Shown piece after piece: positions 7,322 through 16,263 of a stretch of 22,731 nucleotides of DNA. The notes under the pieces were generated by a model that was not told where the DNA came from, ran no database searches, and was given only the letters and a program-made list of their open reading frames with translations. The stretch lies in UHGV virus genome UHGV-1353574; one strand, 5' to 3'. Source of the DNA: a virus. How positions within the stretch are numbered: position 1 is the first letter of the stretch; every line of letters begins with the position of its first letter. The translations under genes were made by a program, and so were the position numbers.

Positions 7322-9667
7322 TCAATCCTTCTTGATAACTTCAGTCAGGCCGTTTCGCAGGCCGTAGCGAATGTTGTGTTGGAAATATTCCTGGAACTCC
7401 TGTTCGCGCTGGCTAATAACAAACAGGTTGTTCCCACCGAACTTATGCTTCAACATCTCAACCGATTCCTGCACCCCGCGCTCGCTCATGTTCTCAAGGA
7501 TCTCGTCCAACACGAACAGGTTACATTGTACAGACGCCTTGAGGTTAGCCACATCGCGCAGAGCTAATGTCACAGCCAGGTTCAGACGACTGCGCTGACC
7601 AGTAGACAGGGAGAAGATGCTCTGTCCTTTGCGGCCTGCTGCGCTCATGGTGATCTCAAAGGTATCGTCAACAACGATGTCCAAGAACATGTTGAGGGCT
7701 TCAAGATACTCGTTGATCTTGCTATTGAGGAATGGCAGATACAGAGCGATGATACGCGCCTTGGTCTGGTCATCTTTCAAGAAGAACAGCAGGTGTTGTA
7801 AGTCCTGGAGTTCCTCATCTGCATCTTCACGGAGTTCATACAGAGCCTCCAGTTCACCTTCCAACGCAGCGATAGAGTTCTCCAGGTCGGTGGTAGGTGT
7901 TGGCTGTACAGCCAGTTTACGCTCCAGATCGGCAATAGACGCCACGAGAGGAGCACGACGGGCTTTCAGCTCGGCGATCTTATCATCGACGGCTTTAATC
8001 CCGCTGACGGCATTCTCTCGCGTCTGTTGCAGCGACGCAGTGATGTCTTCAAAACGAACGTTCAGTGCCTTACGGATGTCAAGGATCTTCTGTTGGCATT
8101 CACGGTTCAGCGAATTACACTCAATCGTGGCGGCATCATGAAAACCTTGAATATCACGGCGCAGCTGCTTGATGTTGTCGACGATTTCGTCGGCCTGCTT
8201 GCGCATTGCATCCAGTTCAGCATCCAACATAGCAATGTCAGCAACCAGCTTGTCGTCCTGAGCCTTGTGGTCATCGATCAGGACATTGATATCGGCGGTA
8301 ACTTTGTCCAGTTGATCTAACTTCGACTGTAGTTCCTGGATCTGAGGATTGTACTCGCTTTCAATACGCGCCTTGGTATCGTCGGACACCAGTTGGGTAC
8401 ATGTTGGGCAAGTCCCCATATCGTGGAAGCGCTTGATGGCCGACTGGTGGCCATCCATTTCGGTCTGGAACTTGATGCGGAAGTTCTCACCCTGTTGGCG
8501 ACGCTGAATAGCAGCGTTCAGGGCATCCAGGTTTGCATTGCGCTCGGTGAGCAGGGTGTTCTTGCGTTCGGCCACTGTAAAGGCGCGGTCACGCAAGACC
8601 TGAAGATCATGCTCCGCAGTAGACACTTCGATGCGCTCATAATCGTCAGCCTTGTCCTGCGCGGCGTCCTTCACCGCCTGGACCTTGGTATCAAAGTCTT
8701 TCTTGACAGCCTCGATCTCTACCATGGATTCATCATGCAGGCGGCTTTCCACCGTCTTCATTTCCTGGGTGGCTTCAAACTCCACAGCCGTGAGGCGGGT
8801 GCGCTCTTCATTCTGGGCGGCGATGTCAGCATCCAAGGAATTCAGGGCTTCCTGTTGCTGTACAAGGATATCGGCCGACCGCTGTTGGATCAGGGCGTTG
8901 GATTGCTCGATCTGCTGAAGCTGCGTCTTCTTGTTGGTGTGGTCAACAACCTTCAACGCACATTCATTCGCGATCGTGTCCAGCTTTTCGTTCGCTTTCT
9001 TGATGGATGCCTTGACATCTTCGTTCATCAGGCTGAAGAAGCCCAAGTCCCAGATAGTCTCCACCATGGCGCGGCGGTCGGCTGTGTACATCTCCGTGAA
9101 CGGAATGAACTTCTCTTTGCCCAGCACCAGAGAGTTCTCAAACATCTTCTGGTCCACGCCGATGAGGTTCACGATGTACTTGTTCATGTCGGCTTTGGCT
9201 GCTTCGTTATCGATCTGCAACCACTTGCCGTCCACCATCTGGTAGACTTCAACAAAGTCAGGTTTAATGCCACGGCGAACCTTCCATTCGCTACCACGGC
9301 AGGCAAACTCTACCTCGCCCACACATTCCTTGCGGCTTTGTGAGTTAACCAGGCCTGCCTTCTTCTCCTTCTTACTGTACGTGTCGTTGTACAGTACGAA
9401 AAACAGCAGCCATACCAGCATCGTGGATTTACCCGCGCCGTTGTCATCAGACGTGACGAGGGTAGCCGGGTTGCGCTGATAATCAATCTCCATGAATTGA
9501 TTGCCGATGGAGCGGAAGTTCTTGGCGCGGCCTTTGCGGAAGGTCAGTTTGTGCGTAACGTTGTTACGCACTTCAAATGGGACTTCAACCTCGACCGGGG
9601 CGTCGGCTTCCTTCAAAAGATTACCAAATTTGGTCAAGATATCTGTGCTCTGAGTCATGTTATGCAT
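7322..9667 (-). CDS. 46: recombination/repair ATPase, Rad50/SbcC-like (T4 gp46 homolog), 781 aa
   Basis: Walker A DDNGAGKSTM; long coiled-coil-like central region; zinc-hook CPTC; ABC signature LSTGQRSRL; Walker B FVLDEILE. Lies immediately downstream of the Mre11-like gene as in T4. Start could be ATG 9667 or the in-frame ATG 9658. Confidence 0.9.
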   Translation of the reverse strand: MHNMTQSTDILTKFGNLLKEADAPVEVEVPFEVRNNVTHKLTFRKGRAKNFRSIGNQFMEIDYQRNPATLVTSDDNGAGKSTMLVWLLFFVLYNDTYSKKEKKAGLVNSQSRKECVGEVEFACRGSEWKVRRGIKPDFVEVYQMVDGKWLQIDNEAAKADMNKYIVNLIGVDQKMFENSLVLGKEKFIPFTEMYTADRRAMVETIWDLGFFSLMNEDVKASIKKANEKLDTIANECALKVVDHTNKKTQLQQIEQSNALIQQRSADILVQQQEALNSLDADIAAQNEERTRLTAVEFEATQEMKTVESRLHDESMVEIEAVKKDFDTKVQAVKDAAQDKADDYERIEVSTAEHDLQVLRDRAFTVAERKNTLLTERNANLDALNAAIQRRQQGENFRIKFQTEMDGHQSAIKRFHDMGTCPTCTQLVSDDTKARIESEYNPQIQELQSKLDQLDKVTADINVLIDDHKAQDDKLVADIAMLDAELDAMRKQADEIVDNIKQLRRDIQGFHDAATIECNSLNRECQQKILDIRKALNVRFEDITASLQQTRENAVSGIKAVDDKIAELKARRAPLVASIADLERKLAVQPTPTTDLENSIAALEGELEALYELREDADEELQDLQHLLFFLKDDQTKARIIALYLPFLNSKINEYLEALNMFLDIVVDDTFEITMSAAGRKGQSIFSLSTGQRSRLNLAVTLALRDVANLKASVQCNLFVLDEILENMSERGVQESVEMLKHKFGGNNLFVISQREQEFQEYFQHNIRYGLRNGLTEVIKKD

Positions 9668-10775
9668 CCAGTTTGTTCAGGCGTTGTTGGGCAGCATTAT
9701 AGAAGTGCTCTGCTAGTTTACAGACATTGTCGGGGCGCTGAATGTTGTTCCCGGCGCGGATATCCTTCTTCAGGACTTCCACCGCATCGGTCGCCACCAT
9801 CTCTTCGGTGACCTCAACCTTCTCGGCAGCAACAGTAATCGTCCGGTCGATGAAGTTATAGTCAATACACTTGCATCGCTTCATCGCATCACAGAACTTT
9901 TCATAATGCTTAGCATTGTCGCGGTTCTGTACAATAACCTTAACGATTTGCCCTTCAATACCCAAGCCTGTGTTCAACCATTCCGGGTCGATCCAATTGC
10001 CTTCTTCATCAGAGGACAACTTGGTGTAATCATATTCCACATAGCGGAACAGCGTCTGATTCTCGGCGTTTGGGATAAAGATCTCACCACCACGCATGTC
10101 GTCCACATAGAAGCCACGGTTGGTGCCGTCTTTGTAGTCTTCCCAGTTCAGGTGATACGGAGTCCCAATATATTGAATGTTACCTTCCATCGAACGGGTA
10201 TGGAAATGGCCCGTGTCGACCCTGGTAAACTTGGAAAGCAGCGCAACGTCGATCTGACCGTGATCACAAGTAGAAGACTGGTACATTTTGAACCCCGCCA
10301 GCTCCAGATGCGCAAAACAGTACTCGGCGTCTGTATCTTGTATCGCTTTAATAGACGCATCATAGTTCTCCTTGTTGATCCAAGGCAGCAGCAGAGTCTT
10401 GACACCCTCGATCATCACTTCGGTTGGTTCGCTGTAATAGCAGTACACATCCGGGTCGAGTTCGTTCAGGTAGGATGGCCAGTTGATGCGGTTGGACTCT
10501 TCCAGGGTGATGTCATGGTTGCCCACGATGCCATTCCACTTGATACCAGCCGCTTTCAGCGCTGGAGTTAATTCATCCTTCAGCCAGTCTTTGTCGCGCC
10601 CGTACATGAATTTGCGGACATCAAACATATCACCGAACTGCCAGACCTCTTTGATATCAGAGTCGGCAAGTTCAGGAATGAAATAATTGATGAGATAGTT
10701 CTTGATGAAGTCGCGAACGTATCGAGAACCATTACGGCTCCCGATATGCAGATCACCAATTTTAGCAATCGCCAT
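9660..10775 (-). CDS. 47: Mre11/SbcD-like nuclease (T4 gp47 homolog), 371 aa
   Basis: Calcineurin-like phosphoesterase motifs GDLHIG, GDMFD and GNHD. AAGGAG RBS; its start forms a TAATG overlap with the stop of the gp55-like gene. Confidence 0.9.
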   Translation of the reverse strand: MAIAKIGDLHIGSRNGSRYVRDFIKNYLINYFIPELADSDIKEVWQFGDMFDVRKFMYGRDKDWLKDELTPALKAAGIKWNGIVGNHDITLEESNRINWPSYLNELDPDVYCYYSEPTEVMIEGVKTLLLPWINKENYDASIKAIQDTDAEYCFAHLELAGFKMYQSSTCDHGQIDVALLSKFTRVDTGHFHTRSMEGNIQYIGTPYHLNWEDYKDGTNRGFYVDDMRGGEIFIPNAENQTLFRYVEYDYTKLSSDEEGNWIDPEWLNTGLGIEGQIVKVIVQNRDNAKHYEKFCDAMKRCKCIDYNFIDRTITVAAEKVEVTEEMVATDAVEVLKKDIRAGNNIQRPDNVCKLAEHFYNAAQQRLNKLDA

Positions 10776-11503
10776 TATTCTGTTTCTCCTTCGGTTTCAT
10801 CTAGTCCGAATTGGGTTTTGCCGAAGTCCTGATCTGAATTGTCTTCGGCCTGCGCTGTTACCGTATTCTTAGCCTGCGCCATGTATTGAAGTATGCCTTT
10901 CGCAATCTTTTTATTCGATTCTGCGAGACGAGCTGCCTCCACCTTCTCTCGCTCCTTCTGCCTTTGAGCGTCCTTTTTGTTCTCAAAGTTGCCGATACGT
11001 TCACGGAAGTCCATGCCAATTCCTGTAGCATCAACAAAGACCTCTTGTTGGAAGTCGGGATCGTCTGCCAGGCCTGCGAACCCACCCGCCTCTTCAAATG
11101 AGCGCAATTTAATGTACGTGTGCTCTTCTTCGATGTTCAGTTTACGAGCAAATGATCGATCAGCACACATGGTCACCCAAGAGAAGAAGTTGATCTTCCC
11201 TTTCTTTCCAATGTGTTCGACGTCAAATGTGTGGAGGTAGCGCAGGATATTGACTATTGCTTCAGAGACCATGTCTTCACGGAAGGGATAGTCGCGATAG
11301 TTGTAGCGGGTGCTCATCTTGGTGATGATGCGCTGGACCTGTAGAGCAACATAGTTGGGGATCTTTGGAAGCCTGGTGCCTTCAGCCAGAGCCTTCTTAC
11401 GAGCAGGGATCCAATCACGAAGGATACTGATGACACGCTCGTTATCTTCGTCTGTGAAATATTTGACGACATTCTCCCCTCTGTCCACGAAGTTCATTCC
11501 CAT
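10775..11503 (-). CDS. 55: late-transcription sigma factor, T4 gp55-like (242 aa)
   Basis: Position directly upstream of 47/46 as in T4. The segment YNYRDYPFREDMVSEAIVNILRYLHTFDVEH...FFSWVTMCADRSFARK resembles, from memory, the T4 gp55 core. Has a C-terminal charged extension. TATAAATA boxes in the window imply a gp55-type factor is encoded by this phage. Confidence 0.6.
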   Translation of the reverse strand: MGMNFVDRGENVVKYFTDEDNERVISILRDWIPARKKALAEGTRLPKIPNYVALQVQRIITKMSTRYNYRDYPFREDMVSEAIVNILRYLHTFDVEHIGKKGKINFFSWVTMCADRSFARKLNIEEEHTYIKLRSFEEAGGFAGLADDPDFQQEVFVDATGIGMDFRERIGNFENKKDAQRQKEREKVEAARLAESNKKIAKGILQYMAQAKNTVTAQAEDNSDQDFGKTQFGLDETEGETE

Positions 11504-11514
11504 TATGAAATCCC

Positions 11515-12042
11515 TCAGATACCGATAAATTCATCAAAAGATCCAACAACCTTCTTCACCGAGATATTGTCATTCTCAATCAGGAAGTTGCTGTCGTTTT
11601 TGGCTGCTGTAGCCCAGTCATCGGCAAGTTCGTTGCCTTCGTGTCCCGCATGACCCTTAACCCATTTTAGTTCAACTTCACAGATTGAACAAACGAGATC
11701 ATAGATTCTGAACAGATCTTTGATGAGTTCAACGTTCTTTTCTGGGAAACCCTGATACTCCCACTTCGTTCGCCATTCGGTGACACTCTTGATGGCATAT
11801 TGGCTGTCAGACCAAATTGTTGCCTTTGGTATTCTGCGCTCACCCTTTCCTGAGAATGCCCACAGTAGCTTCAATGCGTTGGTCACGCCCAACAACTCGG
11901 CGATATTGTTAGTGGACGGGGGAGGTAGATGGCCGAAGAACACCTTCCATTGCATACCCGTTATTGGCCTGATAACAAATGCCCAGCCTGCGGCCTGGTT
12001 GGTCTTCGGGTTAGAACCCCCGTCAGAATAAATTTCTATCAT
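11515..12042 (-). CDS. rnhA: ribonuclease HI (175 aa)
   Basis: Motifs IYSDGG, ELLGV, SDSQY and KGHAGHEGNELADDWA match the RNase HI DEDD catalytic residues. Track start at 12138 is TTG; the first ATG at 12042 gives an N-terminus aligning with E. coli RNase HI. Confidence 0.85.
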   Translation of the reverse strand: MIEIYSDGGSNPKTNQAAGWAFVIRPITGMQWKVFFGHLPPPSTNNIAELLGVTNALKLLWAFSGKGERRIPKATIWSDSQYAIKSVTEWRTKWEYQGFPEKNVELIKDLFRIYDLVCSICEVELKWVKGHAGHEGNELADDWATAAKNDSNFLIENDNISVKKVVGSFDEFIGI

Positions 12043-12044
12043 GA

Positions 12045-12052
12045 TATAAATA
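12045..12052 (+). promoter_or_regulatory. T4-type late promoter box TATAAATA for the plus-strand gene
   Basis: Exact TATAAATA at 12045-12052, 36 nt upstream of the ATG at 12088, in the 45-bp divergent gap between rnhA and the plus-strand gene. Confidence 0.5.
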
Positions 12053-12087
12053 TCCCAAACTGGTTTTATAGAAAGAGGAATGAAACT

Positions 12088-12855
12088 ATGGCACCCCGCG
12101 CATATCGTTTCAGTCTCACCGCCCCGCAGATTGAGCAATTGCTCCTCTCTATCTATGATGCTATCAAGTCAGAAGATATCATCTATGATTATGCTGCAGG
12201 TGGGACTGCTGGACAAGTCGCAGCAGCGTCTGCTGTCAAGAACATGTGGTTGAAGCTCAACGAGATGGTGACAGGCCAAGGTCTCAAAGATGCCATCAAC
12301 GATGCAGAAGACAGCAACGTGTTCACCGACTATTATAAGTCTTTACTGGATCGCGAAGGTTGGAAATTTATTGGATCTCCAGCAGATGAACTTCAGCGAG
12401 GCGACATCGATACCTCGAACTTCAAAGGTGGTGAGGTCATTCTACTTCAGAAGAACGCTTCGGGCAACCCAGAATTCCAATACTGGAAGCGAACCCCTGT
12501 TGCTGGGGGTGATCCTACCTTTGCATGGGCTTCGGTCTATGAAGGGAACTCTAATGATTCCAGCATAGAGATTCCCGTGGTTGGCACCAGCGTACTCAAG
12601 GACATCCCCAAGGCACTCTTCCATATGATCGAGTTCAGAGTGCATGTCTACGATGAGACACTGGGTCATTGGCAAGACACCGACGGGAAGGTGGGGTATC
12701 GTGGCGAGGATCTGATCTACAGTGTATACAACCATATTCAGACCAAACCTCTCGCCACCATTGACTTCAGCCAAGATACGGACAATATGACGGTTTCTGT
12801 GACGTCGTTGGAACCGAATGTCAAGTGCCATCTGTCCTTCGTTGCGGGTTACTAA
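12088..12855 (+). CDS. hypothetical late protein (255 aa); only convincing plus-strand gene in the window
   Basis: ATG at 12088 with AGAGGAA RBS and a late promoter upstream; stop TAA 12853-12855. The track's longer ORF from 11929 would run antisense through the rnhA start and lie upstream of the promoter, so it was rejected. Confidence 0.7.
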   Translation: MAPRAYRFSLTAPQIEQLLLSIYDAIKSEDIIYDYAAGGTAGQVAAASAVKNMWLKLNEMVTGQGLKDAINDAEDSNVFTDYYKSLLDREGWKFIGSPADELQRGDIDTSNFKGGEVILLQKNASGNPEFQYWKRTPVAGGDPTFAWASVYEGNSNDSSIEIPVVGTSVLKDIPKALFHMIEFRVHVYDETLGHWQDTDGKVGYRGEDLIYSVYNHIQTKPLATIDFSQDTDNMTVSVTSLEPNVKCHLSFVAGY

Positions 12856-14570
12856 ACCTCAAACACGGCATCAGTGAACCAAGCGGGGAAGAACTCTGGG
12901 TTGCGCATCATAAGTGATTCAAAAGAAGAATCAAGGATGTACGTCGCAGCCCAGTCATTCACGCCCCTGACCGAACGCCCACACATCTGAACGATACGCA
13001 GTACCGCCATCCTGAAGTACGCCGATGGGTCCACACTGTTGACGTGGGCCACCAGAGGATCACCAAGGTAATCGTATGGCACCTTGATCAAGATCTGAAA
13101 TCTGCTATAATCGCCTTTGAAGTCATACCCCTCTTCCATGGCCGGACTGGCGATGACACAAGGCGTCTTCGTCCTGAACGCGTGTTCCATGATGTCCATC
13201 AGAGCCTTACGAGTACGAGGAACGTGAATCATATTCCGGTACTTACTGAACTTTTGTAGAGCCAGGGCGCGGTCATAACTGACTGTGTGAATGATGCCAG
13301 ACTGCCCAGGGTGGAACGCGATAATTTCATCCACGTATTCAGCCAGCTTCTTCATCTCGTAGTCACCCATGTTCGCTGTCATCTTCATGATGGGCATGTA
13401 GTTGACTTTCCGGTTCTCAATCGGGATAGGGTTGCCGATCTGTATCTTGTGGTACTCACCCTCGGGGATACCCAGTGACCGGGCGTACGAGTCAATCCCA
13501 CAAATGGTAGCCGACATGTGAACGTGGTAGTCACCCTTGCGGAACAGGCCGAACTGGGATACATCAGAGGCGATGACAGGCTTGAACTGAATCATACCCT
13601 TGTCCTTCTCCTGTACGATGAAAGTGCTGGCGTTGGTCTGCCCCATGATACCACAGTAGTCGCTGAGGTTGTGAAGAGTATCAATAATATCAGACAGCTT
13701 CATCACCTGGGCTTCAGTCAGGCGCTCGTCCTCTACCAGTTCCTCAAGAGTTTCCAACAGGGCTTCAACCTTGCCGTGCAGTTCATCAAATATCGCATGC
13801 ATCTCACCAGACAGGGAATACAGCTTGCCCAATTCATAGTTCTCTGTGCGGATGATGATATCCTTGATGGTCTCCACGATAGGCACTCCCTCAGGGATCG
13901 TAAGCAACCCTTCCACAGCCTTTATGTTGTATTCCATGATAGTATGCTCTAGGAGCGTAGAGGGCATTTTATGACACTCGTCAAGGATCAGCATATCGGC
14001 ACGGTTTTCCGGCTTCATACAAATCGTCGTACACATCTCCACCATCATGGCGGCGTTGGTGCAGCGCAGGGAGGAGACGTCGGTCCACTGTCGACGCGCC
14101 TGAACATATGGACAACGATTCTTACTACAGTGGCCATCACGGCATGCCATACGGCACTGAATGGCGTTGTAGTATAGGTCGGGGCTGATGTGGCAACGGT
14201 AGTTCTTCTTGCCCTTCAGGATGTCTATCGCCACGGCTTTCTCTGCTGCATACTGATCCTGTAAACCTTTGGTCGGCGTCGTGATAGACGTGCGGAACTG
14301 ACCATACGGGTTGTGCTCAAGAACCAAATGGCGAAGCACGTTATGGATGGTAGTGCCGATGAGGGATTTACCTACACCAGTCGGAGCCTCGATGATCACG
14401 TGTTTGAATTTCTTATTCACAAGGGCATCAATGGCTTCAACGATGCATTCCATCTGGCCGGGGTTGGCGGTGTCATACGGGAAGAACTCAGTGGCAAGAG
14501 ACTTGATGCGGTCTATGCTGACTGGTCCGACGCCGTCAAGCGCCTTGGTATATTGGTTGAATGCTGTCAC
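12852..14570 (-). CDS. dinG: SF2 helicase of the Rad3/XPD/DinG family with a putative Fe-S Cys cluster (572 aa)
   Basis: Walker A EAPTGVGKSL; DEAH-type box LILDECHK; Cys-rich insert CHISPDLYYNAIQCRMACRDGHCSKNRCPY between them, as in Fe-S XPD/DinG helicases. GTG start at 14570 supported by AGGAGG 7 nt upstream; no in-frame ATG until residue 40. Confidence 0.8.
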   Translation of the reverse strand: MTAFNQYTKALDGVGPVSIDRIKSLATEFFPYDTANPGQMECIVEAIDALVNKKFKHVIIEAPTGVGKSLIGTTIHNVLRHLVLEHNPYGQFRTSITTPTKGLQDQYAAEKAVAIDILKGKKNYRCHISPDLYYNAIQCRMACRDGHCSKNRCPYVQARRQWTDVSSLRCTNAAMMVEMCTTICMKPENRADMLILDECHKMPSTLLEHTIMEYNIKAVEGLLTIPEGVPIVETIKDIIIRTENYELGKLYSLSGEMHAIFDELHGKVEALLETLEELVEDERLTEAQVMKLSDIIDTLHNLSDYCGIMGQTNASTFIVQEKDKGMIQFKPVIASDVSQFGLFRKGDYHVHMSATICGIDSYARSLGIPEGEYHKIQIGNPIPIENRKVNYMPIMKMTANMGDYEMKKLAEYVDEIIAFHPGQSGIIHTVSYDRALALQKFSKYRNMIHVPRTRKALMDIMEHAFRTKTPCVIASPAMEEGYDFKGDYSRFQILIKVPYDYLGDPLVAHVNSVDPSAYFRMAVLRIVQMCGRSVRGVNDWAATYILDSSFESLMMRNPEFFPAWFTDAVFEV

Positions 14571-14622
14571 TTTCTTCCTCCTATGGGATTCGCCTTTAGT
14601 TTAACCGATTCCCAGGAACGAA

Positions 14623-14649
14623 AAAGCCGGAGTACAATGCTCCGGCTTT
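14623..14649 (-). terminator. rho-independent terminator after the HU-like gene
   Basis: Perfect 10-bp stem AAAGCCGGAG / CTCCGGCTTT with 7-nt loop; minus-strand RNA followed by UUUUUCGUU. Plus strand also T-rich, so possibly bidirectional. Confidence 0.55.
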
Positions 14650-14698
14650 CTCTTTTGCCATGCCCTGATTGCAGAGCCTGGCCGCGCGTCAGATAGAA

Positions 14699-14977
14699 TT
14701 ACTTGCCGTTGGCAGCGTTCTTCAGACCTTCGCCCACTTTGAATTTCACAACGTTTTTCGCCGCGATCTGAATGGTCTGGCCGTTCAGAGGGTTGCGACC
14801 TTCACGCGCTTCTTGGTGTTTCACTTCGAACGCACCGAAGCCGACCAGCTGTACAGATGCGCCTGCAGCAACTGCAGTTTTAACACCGTCGATAAAGGAT
14901 GCCACTACTTTCTCCGCTTCGCCTTTGGTGATATTCTGGGTCGAAGCAATGTGGGCAACAAATTCAGTACGATTCAT
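14699..14977 (-). CDS. hup: HU/IHF-family DNA-binding protein (92 aa)
   Basis: MNRTEF...GFGAFEVKHQEAREGRNPLNGQTIQIAAKNVVKFKVGEGLK matches the HU fold signature (N-terminal helix, GRNP arm). ATG 14977 with GGAGA RBS. Confidence 0.85.
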   Translation of the reverse strand: MNRTEFVAHIASTQNITKGEAEKVVASFIDGVKTAVAAGASVQLVGFGAFEVKHQEAREGRNPLNGQTIQIAAKNVVKFKVGEGLKNAANGK

Positions 14978-15102
14978 CTGGATTTCTCCGTTGGGTTAAT
15001 GTTTACTTTCATGTTCACTACAAGAGGGCTACAGTTTAACTAACAAATTTTATTGAATAAAGCGGAATTAATAGCCTTTCACCACGATTACAGTCTTTGT
15101 GC

Positions 15103-15543
15103 TCATATTTGCTCCGTTTGTTTCTCAACGCCCAGTGCGGCGGCATAGATACCACGAGCCATGCGATCATCACAAAATCCATACGTGAATAATCCAGCAA
15201 TGGCATCAAGGCGTTCCTGTGTTGGTGTGACAGGCACAGACACCGTTTGAACTTCAGTCTTTTCGGTGCCTTCCGGTTTCATCAAGACCTCCATTTCTTG
15301 ACGACTAACAACAATGGTTTCTACCTTATCTTCATCGATCAACATTTCGTTCAGAAGATCGTATCCCAACACTTGTGTATCGCCGATATATGTCTTCGCG
15401 TTCAGTTGTGCTTCGATACTTAACACCCTCTGAGCTGTAAGGCCACCAGAGGAGAACGGTACTGGATAGAAGGCGGAACGCACTTGGGCACACCCATTTA
15501 CGCTGTAACGAACCAGCAAGACATCACACCATACGCCAGCCAT
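15103..15543 (-). CDS. hypothetical protein (147 aa)
   Basis: Track start 15561 would overlap the upstream gene by 17 nt. The ATG at 15543 has GGAGGT 5 nt upstream and sits 1 nt after the upstream stop (TAATATG), so it is preferred. Confidence 0.6.
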   Translation of the reverse strand: MAGVWCDVLLVRYSVNGCAQVRSAFYPVPFSSGGLTAQRVLSIEAQLNAKTYIGDTQVLGYDLLNEMLIDEDKVETIVVSRQEMEVLMKPEGTEKTEVQTVSVPVTPTQERLDAIAGLFTYGFCDDRMARGIYAAALGVEKQTEQI

Positions 15544-15544
15544 A

Positions 15545-16207
15545 TTACACCTCCACCGCATGAGACTTCAGGAGTTCATCAATCTCTTTCTGCCCCATGT
15601 ATGAGAACGGGGTGCGCTGGTAGAACGCCCAGAGTACTAACTGGACAACAGCACGGGAACGGGTTTCGGCCGTCATCACCAGGCCACTGAAATGAGGAGA
15701 CTCAGCTGTCCATTGTATCTCTTCGCCCAGGTCTTGATTACAGGTCACCGAGATGCGGAACTTGTTGCACAGATTGTCGACTTCTTTGTACGCATCGGTA
15801 GACACACGAAGTTGTTCCGCATGTGCCCACGGAGTTGTGACGATTCTTTCACCCAACGTCTTTTCTGAAACGAACCAATCAATAGATTGGGTAAACTCGC
15901 TAAAATGGTCGATACGATAAATACAGTCTCCCCCTTCCATAGAACGCATGGCATGATAGCGAGCGTCAATTTCATTGTTGTGCATAGCGTTGAAGTCGAT
16001 GAACACGCGACGCGCCAGCACAACATCTTCTGGTTGAAGTGCCAGGAAATCGTTCAGGCGGCTATAATGGAGGATATTGGAACCGTCGTGGCCACGTGTG
16101 CAATATGCGTAATAGCTACCGATACGGGTGTGGGTAATATAAGACAACGGGGCGAAGAATAATCCGTCAGGATCAGGACCGACGATAATAGAATAAAGTT
16201 TTTCCAT
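15545..16207 (-). CDS. hypothetical protein (220 aa)
   Basis: Track ORF from 16306 would overlap the upstream gene and a hairpin; the ATG at 16207 is preceded by the recurrent CTATATC-ATG context. No recognisable motif. Confidence 0.55.
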   Translation of the reverse strand: MEKLYSIIVGPDPDGLFFAPLSYITHTRIGSYYAYCTRGHDGSNILHYSRLNDFLALQPEDVVLARRVFIDFNAMHNNEIDARYHAMRSMEGGDCIYRIDHFSEFTQSIDWFVSEKTLGERIVTTPWAHAEQLRVSTDAYKEVDNLCNKFRISVTCNQDLGEEIQWTAESPHFSGLVMTAETRSRAVVQLVLWAFYQRTPFSYMGQKEIDELLKSHAVEV

Positions 16208-16228
16208 GATATAGTCACTCAAATGAAA

Positions 16229-16252
16229 GGGCAGCTTTATGATAAGCCGCCC
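16229..16252 (-). terminator. putative terminator after the 16264..17130 gene
   Basis: Minus-strand RNA GGGCGGCUU-AUCAUA-AAGCUGCCC (9-bp stem with one G-U) followed by UUUCAUUU. Confidence 0.45.
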
Positions 16253-16263
16253 GAGGTTATTGA

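Noticed and set aside
8393-9343. 316-aa plus-strand ORF
   Set aside because: Lies entirely antisense to the motif-rich gp46 gene; composition typical of an antisense shadow ORF; no RBS or promoter context.
9906-10571. 221-aa plus-strand ORF
   Set aside because: Antisense to the gp47 (Mre11-like) gene, whose phosphoesterase motifs fix the coding strand.
11929-12087. Upstream extension of the plus-strand gene (track start ATG 11929)
   Set aside because: Would overlap the rnhA N-terminus antisense and start upstream of the TATAAATA box; the GGAGGT is only 2 nt from that ATG; the ATG at 12088 has a well-spaced RBS.
12043-12138. TTG-initiated extension of rnhA (track start 12138)
   Set aside because: TTG start with no RBS; the extension overlaps the plus-strand gene start; ATG 12042 gives the canonical RNase HI N-terminus.
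13518-13952. 144-aa plus-strand ORF inside the helicase gene
   Set aside because: Antisense to the DinG/XPD-like helicase, which carries Walker A and DEAH-like motifs on the minus strand.
14978-15102. MotA-box-like CGCTTTA and TAAAAT elements upstream of the HU-like gene as a middle or early promoter
   Set aside because: No combination gave consensus-like hexamers at proper spacing; left uncalled.
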